Origin: Octopus vulgaris
Lineage: Eukaryota
Direction: 5' to 3'
NCBI GenBank assembly: GCA_951406725.2
Contig: OX597819.1
Coordinates: forward strand, 43,648,001 to 43,712,000
DNA: 64,000 bases
Within the stretch, counting starts at the first letter, position 1, and each line of letters begins with the position of its first letter. The notes beneath the pieces were generated by a model that did no database searches, had not been told where the DNA came from, and worked only from the letters and a program-made list of their open reading frames with translations. The translations under genes and the position numbers were made by a program. Positions 14,766-27,863 of the stretch are shown here, in pieces.

Positions 14766-15095
14766 CGTCTGTTGTGAGTGTGTGTAGAAGCTTAATCCAT
14801 TTCTGCGGTATCCGTATTAAAGTTTAGTTCTTGCATATAACCGATAACGTTCTTCCACCGCAATTACAAAAACACCCGTTTCCACAAACCGATATCGATA
14901 CGATTATTGATTCAACTATATATCTGTATGTATATTCTCAGACACCGGCACACACACGCAGTCATGCACATACACATGCCCATACACACATTAATGTATC
15001 TATGTATATCTCTTTATATATCATATATATATATATGTGTGTGTGTGTGTATATATATAAGATGTATATATAATAATACATATGTATGTATATAC

Positions 15096-15157
<62 letters not shown>

Positions 15158-16000
15158 GTATATATATATATACATATATAGACTCATATACTCAAAAATC
15201 TGTATGTGTGTGTATATATATATAGACATACATATAATTATACATACACAAACACACACTCATACACACACATATATACATATATATATCTCGCACACAC
15301 GCATTTACATATGTATGTCTATCTATCTATCTCTACGTACTTACGTACGTATGTATGTACGTAATACATACATTAGGTACGTACGTACATACATGCATGC
15401 ATACATACAAACATACATACATACATACATACATACATACATACATACATACATACATACATACATACATACATACATACTTGCATGCATACATATCTTC
15501 GATGAGCGCCGTGTAATAAAATGCACAATTAAATTTGGTGCTGATTTCAAAACCGTGTCTTTGATGTTATAAACCATTTCAGATTGATACTTATTTTCTA
15601 CATGACAAATTGCGGTGTTACAGTCGCCCATAATTTCACCGTTCGCTTGCTTACCTTATCTCGAATGCACCTGCGTGATGGTGTGCAAAAATGTGTAAGG
15701 ACGTACGTGAGTACGTGCTTTTCCCTGTGTGTTGATGTATGACAAAATCAGAAATGGAACCATTCCTATAAACAGATTCTTACCAATTCGTTCCAAATGA
15801 AGAAATTATTATATTTTTAAAAGCTTGTGTTAAAAAGCAATGTAGGGGCAGTGTGAAAGCTTTTTAGAGTGGCGGAAAATGGTTGATTTGTATGTTATTT
15901 ATAAGTGTTTATATATTTGAGTAGCATTTATAACATGGTGTATAGTGAAGGAGAGCTGGCGAAAAGTTCATTCTTAAAAGGGTTTTTTTTCCTCAAGATT

Positions 16001-16048
<48 letters not shown>

Positions 16049-16240
16049 ATTTCTCTCTACCTGCGCAACGATCTCTCTCTCTCCTTTGCAACGATCTCTC
16101 TCTCTCCTTTGCATATGTATATATATAATATATACATATACACACATATAAAAATATACATACATACTTAAATATATACATTTAATATATACATAAATAC
16201 TTACACGCTCACCCAGCCACCCTCCCACCCGCACATATAC

Positions 16241-16271
<31 letters not shown>

Positions 16272-16390
16272 TGTATGTATGTATGTATGTATGTATCTAT
16301 TTATCTATCTATAAATATTTATGCATATATACATATACATATATATGTATGTATGTATGTATGTGTGTATATATATATAAATATATGTAG
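16049..16390 (+). repeat. Direct repeat, copy 2 (copy 1 at 9113-9420)
   Basis: Same sequence, with an internal duplication of gcaacgatctctctctcctttg. Confidence 0.8.
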
Positions 16391-16987
16391 ATGTATACAG
16401 ACAGTCAGTCAGACTTATTTACTTATATACCTAGGTACCTCCGTAAACACAAATACATATTATTTATATACACATACACACACGCACACGCTTGCAGGTA
16501 CACACACGTTCACACACACACACACACACACACATACACACACATGCGCACGCGCGAGCTCGCAGACACACATATACGCACACATACACATAAGTTAATT
16601 TATACGCTTAAGTGTAAAACAAAAACAAAAACACAAGCCAGAAATAGTTACCAAGACTACTACACTCACTCCAGACATGTCGTAGAGTTTATTTATTTGG
16701 TATTTGGAAGAGACGTTTGTTCGGGCTTGATTGAACGTTTCGCCTGAAACTCCGAGTAGCTATGACATGGCAGTAATGGACCGTTGTTTCTCGCTTGATC
16801 ACCGGTTGAGAAGAAGGATGTATACATAGTTGCCGGCGGGGCTGTGTTGTAAGAAGCTTACCTCCCAACCACATGGTTCCCAGTTCAGTCCCACTGCGTG
16901 GCACTTCGGGCAAGTGTCTTCAACTATATAGCCTCGACCGACCAAAGCCTTGTGAGTGGATTTGGTAGACGAAACCTGTCGTATATG

Positions 16988-17018
<31 letters not shown>

Positions 17019-17367
17019 CTCTTTTACTCTTTACTCTTTTAATTGTTTCAGTCATTTGACTGCGGCCATGCTGGAGCACCACCTTTTAGTACTTATTCTA
17101 TCGGTCTCTTTTTGCCGAACCGCTAAGTGACGGGGACCTAAATACACCAGCATCGGTTGTCAAGCAATGCTAGGGGGACAAACACAGACACACAAACACA
17201 CGCATACATATATATATACATATATACGACAGGCTTCTTTCAGTTTCCGTCTACCAAATCCACTCACAAGGCATTGGTCGGCCCGGGGCTATAGCAGAAG
17301 ACACTTGCCCAAGATGCCACACAGTGGGACTGAACCCGCAACCGTGTGGTTGGTTAGCAAGCTACTT

Positions 17368-19591
17368 TATTTCAAAACATTTGCCATAAAGGCAGTACAC
17401 AGATTAAGTTAACTTTGCGGGCTGGACGAGGACATTAATGAGGTGAATGATAATGAAAGAAAGATGATAAGGATGGGAGAAGACAGAAAGCGCCCGCCGA
17501 CTTTTGCTTCTCTAAAACATTGTTCTTTTTAAAAAAGATTAACACAAAACGAGGTATTAAACCTCTTACAATTTTTCCAATTTTGGGCTTAGCAGTCCAT
17601 TATTAATACAAAACGAGGTATTAATCCTCTTACAATTTTTCAATTTTTGGACTTAAGTCCATTACTAATAATACATATCGTCCTCGAAATAGCTTGTGCC
17701 CGCGCCCTCCACCATCAACCACGCCTCCCTCAGAACGTAGTCAAGTTCCGAGTTCGCGTCGCCCGGGACCAAGTTATAGTCTTCATTGAGCTCCTTTAGC
17801 CCTAGCGTCACGTCGAACGCCACGGCCTCCACAGCTACCTGCGGAGGCCATTCGGGGTCCTGTGTGAAGGCTAAAGGTGCTCCCTTGTAGTGCTCTTCCA
17901 TCACTTTTTCAATTTCTCCTCCTCTATAGAAGAGGACCAATACATTCAGTTCTTTCGTTGGCGGCACAGTTTCCGCCAACGGTATTCCTTCTCTTGTCGG
18001 TGGCACAACCCCAACCGACGTAGTTCCGCGACATTCCGGTGCCACACTGACAGCCGGCAACGTCCCGTTTTTCTTCCTCTTTTTCTTTTTTTTTCCCTTT
18101 TCAACTGAGGGAGGGTGCGTCTCCTCCGTGGCTGGAAGATTCGCCCTCCTCTCCTCATCCCTATTATCCTTTGGTGAGCACCCATTGTTGCTCACCTTCC
18201 TCTTTCGGCCTCTGCTTGAGGAGTCCTCTGCTTTCTCGGCCGTTATCGTTCCCTCTTCTAGAGGGGTTTTACTTAACTGTTCCGGGATCCTATTTTGTTC
18301 CCGAGGACAGTTCTTCTTTATGTGGCCGGACTCCAAGCACCGATGACACTTAGGGGGGCGACCCTCAAGCATCACCGGGTACCTGCACCCGGCCATTTTC
18401 AAAAAATCTGGAAAAACCAGATTGGCTGATTGGGTCCACAGGGTCAAAACTGCTTTCGAGCCAACCCAAGCAGCCGCAGGAAGAACTTTTACATTGAGGA
18501 GCTTAGTTTCGCTGTCACCCAGACCCCGGCGGATAGTCTCCTCTATCCACTCGGGTTCTATGTCGGGTGGCAGTCCGCAGATCCAAGCTTTCATTAATTT
18601 CTTTTTTTGTAAGTGGGCAGGAATAAGATTTCCTTACCCTCCAAGGGTTCGCTAGCAAATTTGCAAGCCTCTTCAGGGGTGTCAAACAGCAACCACACCG
18701 TTCCATATTTGACACCCCTGGAAATGAATTTAATTGTTGGCAAATACTCCTCCAACTCCTCCTCAATTGCCGTCTTTTCGAATAGGGCGATGGTGTCAAG
18801 TGCCTTGGAGTAGGTTCTCAACACCACCGTCCTATCTTCACGGTCCTTCAACCACTTTTTGGGTGGTATGATTTCCCACTCCAAAACTTTGTTATTTTTC
18901 ATTGCCATGTTTTTTAAAAAATATATTCAAATTAGACTCAAAAGCAGGAAGAAAAAAGTTCAAAAGTCTAAATAAATTTGATAGATTTTTGAAAAAACAA
19001 AAAGGAGAAAGCACAACAGAAGGGAAGAAATTAACGGAAAGTCGCAATAAAGAAAAAACAAAAGGGGGGGGGTAAATGAAGTTCAAAAGAAAGTTAATAA
19101 ACAGAAAAAACACAGCAAAAATATTCTGCGGTACTCCCGGCCTGGGTTGAACCTGGAACGCCGCAACTGCAACACAACCTCCACAAAAATGGGTCCGAAA
19201 GGTAATCCAATAGTGGCTTATTTTTATACTTTTCTTGCGAAGTACTCTGACAAGGGAATAAATTCAGCAAACCCAAACACAGCACTGGTTACTGCCAACG
19301 GTAATTTTAACAGTAACTGTATTGAATCCTGAGTATACGCCCCTCCACTGTTTTTTTTCTTTTTTTTTTTTTTTCAATGAACACAAAAACGGCAGCCGCC
19401 TAGCGCAGGCGAAATTGTCTCAGAGTTGGACACAACCTACTGAAATGATAATTGGCACGCAATAAATTATGCCCAACTCACAATAAACAAAATCACTTAC
19501 CTCGACAACTTTCCGTTTTTGGTCTTTTTTCTTTAGTTGGACTCACGTCCACTCTAGCTCAACAAGAAGCAACCGACTAACTGCGCATGTC
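17368..19591 (-). mobile_element. ORF1-only (half-L1-like) non-autonomous retroelement with 17-bp TSD
   Basis: TSD tggttagcaagctactt at 17351-17367 and 19592-19608; one ORF1-like reading; no endonuclease or RT; 3' end TGCC-TTTAT-GGCA-N8-GAAATA. Confidence 0.9.
17665..18908 (-). CDS. L1/Tx1-type ORF1 protein with CCHC zinc knuckle; split by one frameshift near 18602-18608
   Basis: ORFs 18594-18908 and 17665-18594. Contains EGRPPKCHRCLESGHIKKNCP and aligns with ORF1 at 44409-45776 (EDRTVV/EKRTVV, RGVKYGTV/RGRAYGTV). Adding one A to the A7 run fuses the two ORFs. Confidence 0.85.
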
Positions 19592-19638
19592 TGGTTAGCA
19601 AGCTACTTACCACACAGCCACTCCTGCGCCTATATATT

Positions 19639-19680
<42 letters not shown>

Positions 19681-20597
19681 GAGGTCTGTATGTATGTATG
19701 TATGTATGTATGTATGTATGTATGCATGTATGCATGTATGTATGTGTAGGTGTATGTGTATTTATACGTGCGTGCCTTTGTGTTTATATTTGTCTCTGCA
19801 TTATCGCTTGACAACCGATGTTGGTGTGTTTACGTCCCCGTAACTTAGCGGTTCAGTAAAAGTCTCCGATAGAATAAGTGGTATTAGGCTTATAAAAAGT
19901 AAATCCTGGGGTTGATTTCTTCTACTAAAAAACCCCTTTAAGGCGGTGCTCCTGCATGACCGCAGTCAAATAAATGACTGAAGCAAAGAATAAAAGAATA
20001 AAAGAATAAAAGAACGTAGACGCATTCAGAAATACATACACACATCTACGTACGTATACTTCTCATCTCTATCCTCCTCTCCCACTCCACCAAACCCCAG
20101 TCCAACGCCTGACCCTCCCTCCCAGCGATGCTGTTGCAACTACACTAGCATGCAGCTGTACACATCAATACCAAACGCATGAATGTATGTGTACACACAT
20201 GCACACACCAGACAGCACATGCACATACATGTTCTTCCAGACAAATACGCAAACACTCAAACGTTTATGCACAAATGCAAGCATGTTACATACCAGATTC
20301 TTGCTTTCTAACGCACTGGTGTCACTGAAATACCGATCTCACCTCTAACAACATTATGTAAGCCACCTCGACCAATGGCAGTCCGTTTTTCACTAATCAT
20401 CTTGGACTTCCAGTAGCCATATTGGACTTCCTGCGTTTCTCCATTCGGTAATCTAATCCTGAAGGAGCTGGGTCTCTGTCAGAAGCCTGTAAAACTGTAT
20501 GCCGCATGGAACAGAATGAAACTGTTTTAAATAATAATATATGTAACTTTTACTAAATGTATTGAGTGCCATTTTCTATCGTTTGTCTACACACTCG

Positions 20598-20656
<59 letters not shown>

Positions 20657-20775
20657 CCGAAATTTGCCATGATGAATCGGTTTCTGACTGAAGAAATTAA
20701 GACTCTGAATTACTGTCCGTTTTTCCGTGTTTGTCAATTCGTGAAGTTCACGTCCTTTATATATAAGTTTTATTC

Positions 20776-20813
<38 letters not shown>

Positions 20814-20814
20814 A

Positions 20815-21010
20815 GAAGGCACTGAAAAGTCCCTGGCATCAAGGGTATGACGAAAAGCTTGGTTAGAGGCCCAACCTGCTGAGTTCTTTTACAGAGCTTA
20901 GAAAAAACTGAAGGACCATTGAAATAAGTGTGTGAATCTGAGAAGGGAATATGTTTAATAAAATCACAATTAACTACCAAGTTCTGGTAGTATTTTGGTA
21001 TCCATTGTAG
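20815..21010 (+). mobile_element. Mariner remnant (transposase C-terminus)
   Basis: LEKLKDH*NKCVNLRREYV* resembles mariner C-termini. Confidence 0.55.
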
Positions 21011-22424
21011 AAGGTACAATTACTTTTTGCATTGTGTTGTCAGATAAATTCGTTCGTTTTTTTCTTTTCCTTTCCTACTTAGCTCTCCATCATCGTATGT
21101 CTGAAAAGGGATAAAATTTATTCAAATTTCAAAAGCTATATGCAAAAGTTGTACCGGAAGAATAGAGTTACAGAATACGATAAAGCACCGCGATAAAAAT
21201 ATCTTTCGCATTTAATTCAAATAACATTGAAAAAGATCAAAATAAATGGTTTGCTTATGGGGTGGTGGTGGTGGTGGTGGTGGTGGAGGAACAAATTTAT
21301 CTGACAACCGAATGCTTTTCTCAAAGGTCAACACTCTAGCATAATTAGCACTTATGTCAAAGTTCAAGTAGTTTTGTATTTCGATCGAGATCTAACAACT
21401 TTTAATACCTCGATCAAGACCTAAGCACCATAGCACATTTCATGAAGGTCTAAATTTTCGGTAAATCTGATCTGTTTATTTAGCAGTGCTGCCGTCTACA
21501 GCGGTGATTTGATCTATTCCATAATGCTGGTTTATAAATAATATAGAAAAAAGATCATTGCATTTAGTGGTGCACGAAATACGAACTATTAACACCCCCA
21601 TGAAATATTTCCCAGTCAAAAACCAACTCTTCTATTACGGAGCAGGAGTGAATGATAGAAGGGATTAGGGTTTCTCCCTTATATGAATAAGTTTATCACT
21701 TCCTTCAAAATTAAGGTAAACAAAGTTAGTATGCTTCTTGTGATATCGAGCATTTCAGAACTGGCTGACTGGCGCAGTCTTGTGTGGTACTGCGTCTTAC
21801 AAGTTAGTAGTTAAAACAAACGGGAATATTATATTGTAGAAGTTTCTAGTCTATATCACTTTGATTTTTTAGGCGAAAAACTGCTGCCTCTTTTTTTACA
21901 CAGGTATTCTGAACTGAAGGAAATTAATGGTACTAAACATCAAAAGCAAAAGTTTGCGACAGAAAAGTGCAATAAACTCACACATGGGACTGTAATCAAG
22001 TCAACTTATAAAAATACCTGTAGCAATATATGAAGACATCACTTTTAGAGATGCTATGTCAACAGGTTATGTGTCCGTGTCTTCTTTGTATGTAAGGTTT
22101 TTTTTTTTTTTTATTAATCTATAAAAGAATATCCTGTATCAGATGTATTTATATAAATCGATGAAGATATTATTAAACTGATATAATGCAGTGCTTTTTT
22201 TTTTCTTCTAGCGTTCTTTAACATTCTCCTGGTTTCAACGAAGAGCGCTCAGTTGTATGATTAGCTACACCACCTTCATATTGAACCAGCAGGGAAATGA
22301 TCGACTGGTGCACCCTTAAAATAATCTCCCAACAATATCACATATGACTTCACATATGACGAGGCCTTTTGAATCACAAGTACGATGAATGCAACGGGTT
22401 TTAACACAGATTTCGTCTATTATC

Positions 22425-23063
22425 TTTACTCTTTTACTTGTTTCAGTCATTTAACTGTGGCCATGCTGGAGCACCGCTTTTAGTCGAGCAAATCGATTCC
22501 AGAATTTATTCTTTGTAAGCCTTCAAATCTCCATGTGACGCTTGATATCCATACGTGGTATCTTAGACAGGTATATTTTTTACCATAGGCTCGAGCTGGT
22601 TAAAGCCTTGAGTGATGCTGAATAGACAATGCTCTTTTACTCTTTTACCTGTTTCAGTCATCTAACTGTGGCCATGCTGGAGCACCGCTTTTAGTCGAGC
22701 AAATCGATTCCAGAATTTATTCTTTGTAAGCCTAGTACTTATTCTATCGGTCACTTCCCCTTAGCAGTTCAGCAAAAGAGACCAGTAGAATAAGTACTAG
22801 GCTTACAAAGAATAAGTCTTGGGGATGATGTGCTCGACTAAAGGCGGTGATCTAGCATGGCCACAGTCAGATGACTGAAACAAGTAAAAGAGTAAAAGAG
22901 CATTGTCTATTCAGCATCACTCAAGGCTTTAACCAGCTCGAGCCTATGGTAAAAAATATACCTGTCCAAGATACCACGTATGGATATCAAGCTGGGGACT
23001 CAAACGATTGCAAAGTAAGCTTCTTAACCATTCGACTTGACTGCGTCACATGGAGATTTGAAG
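22425..23063. repeat. Family A SINE tails with an inverted duplication: arms about 22521-22752 and 22779-23063, plus direct repeat 22425-22521 / 22633-22731
   Basis: About 95 bp of unique flank is inverted with one mismatch; cttcaaatctccatgtgacgc pairs with gcgtcacatggagatttgaag. Confidence 0.9.
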
Positions 23064-23660
23064 TTACCCGCATGTTATCGGTATTCATTCTTTTTTCTTA
23101 AAAAGCATACATCCATTTTCAAACTTGGTACAGTGTAATAACGATCACATCATTCTAATTATACATAACAGTGGTTTACATTAGCGTCCCTCTTGTAAAC
23201 ATAAAAGCCGAATACTTCTTAGAGGACGAATAAGTTTATCCGAGCTGAATCTGACAGATAACATGATTATATTCTAAATGTAACTCTGAGAACAATGGGA
23301 AGTAGCATACTGAAACATTCAGATTGAGGTTTCGAATTCTGGTTGAGAATCCAGTGTCCATTCGATACAGAACTCTAGATATCGATACTGTACCTGACAG
23401 CATTGCCTTTTGCCTTTTTACCCTGTTTCTGTTATTTGACTGAGGCCATGGGGGGTGGGGGTTCCACCTTCAAAGGTTTACTCTGAAAAGCTGCTTGTGG
23501 TACTTATTTTTAAAGCCTGGTGTTTATTCTGTCAGCCCCTTCTTGCTTAAGCGCTTGGTTACATAACGACGTAAACAAACCAACATCAGTTGTCAAGCGG
23601 TGGTGGTGGTGGGCAAACATTACACAATAACCAAGACATACTCATGTACATAGCCCACCC

Positions 23661-23734
<74 letters not shown>

Positions 23735-23819
23735 TCAATACAAATAAACGTATAAAAACAGACAACATGAGGACGTGCATAATAAATGTGTTAGCTTGAC
23801 ACTCGGTGAAAGGAGAGGG

Positions 23820-23852
23820 TTTGACGTTTCGAGCATAGCTCTTCATTGGAAA
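23820..23852 (-). ncRNA. Degenerate minimal hammerhead (Penelope pseudo-LTR type)
   Basis: Minus strand CCAATGA-AGAGC-TAT-GCTC-GAAACGTC; core differs from CTGANGA. Confidence 0.45.
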
Positions 23853-24022
23853 GGAGAAAGGGAAAAGTCCAAAGATGGAAAGATATCGCCAACGGCAAAC
23901 ATGTAGTTACATTGCTGAAGTGACTGGAAGTATGTATGTATGTATGTATGTATGTATGTATGTATGTATGTATGTATGTATGTATGTATGTATGTATGTA
24001 TGTATGTATGTATGTATGTATG

Positions 24023-24084
<62 letters not shown>

Positions 24085-24451
24085 CATACATACATACATA
24101 CATACATACATACATACATACATACATACATACATACATGCTTTCACCGAACAAAATTAATTAAATGGATAAGCAAGGCCAACAGCTTTGGCTCGATTCA
24201 ACGTATCAGCTATATGTGACTCAAAAACACATGTCGAAAAACGAAAGAAACTGTGTGCCAGAATGCCGCATGCCAATGAGGCAATGTGTTGGACACAATC
24301 TTGTACAAAAAGGCTAAATTATTCTCCTAAGACATACACTACAACTCTCAGCATATTTGACGTATGAAACTGCTGCCTAGACGTGTTAAGAATAAATACG
24401 CAAATATTCATTTCTTATCTCAATGTAGAGAATTCAAACAACGATGTGTGT

Positions 24452-24502
<51 letters not shown>

Positions 24503-25055
24503 TGTGTGTGTGTATTTGTGTGTATGACGGGCTTCTTTCAGTTTCACATTACCAAACTCACTCATAAGGCTTTGGTCGACCTGAGGATTTATCAGAAGAC
24601 AATTGCCCAAGGTGCCACTCAGTAGGACAGACCCAATACTTCATGGTTTGTTAGCAATGTTCTTAAGCACACCGCCACGTCTGCGTGGTTATTTGGTTGA
24701 AGGTTTCAACCAAAATAATCCTATTCTTTCGCTACACTTCTCCCATCCTACTCCAAGTGTTCGGCTTCTATGTTTGTCTGGGGTAATACTAATGTAAATC
24801 ACTGTTATATGAAATAAAACGGTTCAAATCTAAGGTCGAACCCGAACCGTATCGTCATCTTGACATTAAATTCTTCGCCAGCTTACCAGCGAAGCAGGGT
24901 GTGATTCGTCATTATATTGTTGATAGGGCAAACGATAAGTTTGCAGTGAGACATATTAAAATGTATCTCATATCTTGGCACGGATACTCAAGGAAATTGA
25001 TAACATAAATCAAGACATTATAGGAGAAAAAGAAAAAAAAGGGGAAAGAGAAAGA

Positions 25056-25086
<31 letters not shown>

Positions 25087-25291
25087 AGGGAGAAAAACCG
25101 AAGAAGTGATATAAATATTAAAAAAATCGATGTAGACTAAGAAAAAAAGAATATGTACGTAAAATAAAATAATAATAATAATAAAAAAAAAGAAAATGGA
25201 CTATGAAGATAAGACTTTTTGTTAGAAACTACTGGAGAAGAAATTCTCAAGAGAAAGTGGTTGCAGATAATTATGTATATACATACATACA

Positions 25292-25322
<31 letters not shown>

Positions 25323-25326
25323 TTAC

Positions 25327-25369
<43 letters not shown>

Positions 25370-25392
25370 CATACAGACATACAGACATACAT

Positions 25393-25425
<33 letters not shown>

Positions 25426-25441
25426 CATATGTGTGTGTACG

Positions 25442-25473
<32 letters not shown>

Positions 25474-25575
25474 AATATACAAACATATATATATCTATAC
25501 ATATGTATACACATATTTTTAATACCTATGTATATATATATGTATATATATATGTATATATATATATATATATGC

Positions 25576-25632
<57 letters not shown>

Positions 25633-25756
25633 TATACATACATACATATATATATATACTTATCCATATTTATATCTCTATATCTCTACATATACACGCA
25701 TTAAATTTATATGTATACATACATAAATAAATGCATATATGTATGTATATGTACAA

Positions 25757-25839
<83 letters not shown>

Positions 25840-26046
25840 AAATAAGTAATTGGCACCTGAAACACGATACTGAAATACAGACACACAAACCACCTACATA
25901 ACAAGAAACATACTCAAGCATCTACGCACACACTAACACAAACAAGTAACACAGACGAGGAACAAAGCTGGCCTCGCTGATTCCCTCTCTCCCCCTCTCT
26001 ATCTCTCTCTCGCTCCCCGTGCCCACCTCTCGTCATCATTTCTATG

Positions 26047-26173
26047 ACTGTCAACGACAAGGTGTTATAATACTCGGCGACTAAAGGCAAATAGTTTTAT
26101 GTGAAAAGATGACTTGACACAAGAGAATAACTGATTCTATTAACATTTGGCTACCATCATTCACATTTCTGAT
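26047..26173. other. Conserved non-coding island 1, copy A (copy B at 39151-39275)
   Basis: 5 substitutions and one 2-nt indel over 127 nt, counted by eye. Confidence 0.85.
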
Positions 26174-27104
26174 CACGCTGATAATGATGATGATGATGAT
26201 AATGTGAATGATGGTGATGGTAGTGGTGGTGGTGGTGGTGGTGGTGGTGGTGATGTTGATGGTAGTGGTGGAGGTGGAGTTGTTGGCGGGTGGGTATGTT
26301 GCTAATGTCACAGCTGTTGCTGCTGATGCTGATGATGGTGATGAGGATATTGGTAGTAGTACTAATGGTGGTAGAGATGGTGGTATTGGTGATGGTATTG
26401 ATGATGATGACGATGATGATGACGGCAATGATGACAGTGATGGTGGTAGTTGACGTACTTAAAGGTGGTGCGGGTAATGGTTAGCAAAGATGCTGTTGGT
26501 GGTGAAGGTGGTAATGGTTGTCGCTATGTCAGTGTTCATAGGGATTTTTTGATGGTGGTGGTGATGGTGGTGGTGGTGATAGTGGTGGTGGTGATGGCGG
26601 TGGTTTGCATGTCTCCCCTTTGCCTTTTCCCTCTCTTGCCCAATGTCTCACGCCGCATCCACTTCATTGTAACTCTCTAACTAAACTGATATGGGGGACT
26701 CAGTGCGCGCCTGCATGCGCATCTATACATGCATGTATTCATACATACATACATACATACCTACATACATACATACATACATACATACATACATACATAC
26801 ATACATACATACATACATACATACATGTATGTATGTTATCGCTTAGTTTTATTTCAAGATTTCTTGCCAATAGAGAAAGAGCCAGTTTCTAACCTAGATC
26901 CAAAGCTCCTTCACTGGAATTTCAACATGAACAACAGGGTATTTTTGTATGTATGTATGTATGTATGTATGTATGTATGTATGTATGTATGTATGTATGT
27001 ATGTATGTATGTATGTATTTATGTATGTATGCAGATTTCAATGTTTTGCTTTACGTATGTATTCTCATGCATATAGTTGCATATCTAGACATGCTCGTAT
27101 ATAT

Positions 27105-27430
27105 TTAAATGATAAACTTCTGGAAAGTTTTGCAGATTTTCACTGTTCCAGTGATGGATTGGATCTGTAGTCTGCGAATTAGCTTTATCCTTTCTGGTTT
27201 TGAGAAGCCTAATTTATCAAGATTGGCATTTAGGCAGTGTGTTATATATCCCAGGGCCATAATGATTACATGTATAAACCTGAACTTGTCATCTGGATAG
27301 AGTAACTGCAGATTTCTCAATAGTTCAGAGTAGATGTTCTCTTTTTCACTGATCTTCAGCTTTATGCTAACATATGCTGGGCAGCGAATTTCCACAACTG
27401 TGCACAGTTTCTCTTCTTTATCCTAAATCA
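27105..27430 (-). pseudogene. RLE-type non-LTR retrotransposon 3' fragment between (TATG)n tracts
   Basis: EIRCPAYVSIKLKISEKENIYSELL...FIHVIIMALGY...LQIQSITGTVKICKTF. Confidence 0.75.
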
Positions 27431-27790
27431 TTATATGATGTCCGTTGTCCATACATTTTACTGAGGTCTTCACTGGGACATTTCACCAGTATTCCTTTTT
27501 ATTGATTGCCTATGTATGTATGTATGTATGTATGTATGTATGTATGTATGTATGTATGTATGTATGTATGTATGTATGTATGTATGTATGTATGTATGTA
27601 TGTATGTATGCATGTATGTATGTGTGTGTGTATGTATGTACATATGTATGTATATATGTTTGTGAGTACATTTACTTTCAAAGGTATGCAATATATTTTA
27701 ATTTCTTCCTATGCACACACACACACACATACACACACACACATAAATATATATGTGTGCGTGTACGAGCGTGTATACACACACACACAC

Positions 27791-27863
<73 letters not shown>

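Larger units (their letters stand above)
17019..19630 (-). mobile_element. Family A tRNA-SINE, inner copy, split in its head by a 2.2-kb insertion
   Basis: 5' end GGCGCAGGAGTGGCTGTGTGGT at 19630-19609; the remainder (B box GGGTTCAGTCCC to tail) lies at 17350-17019. Confidence 0.92.
16833..20013 (+). mobile_element. Family A tRNA-SINE, outer older copy: head 16833-16985, body/tail about 19760-20013
   Basis: Head gctgtgttgtaagaagctt...gttcagtcccactgcgtggcac; tail gcttgacaaccgatg...aaggcggtgctcc...(aaaagaat)n; interrupted in its central (TA)n. Confidence 0.85.
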
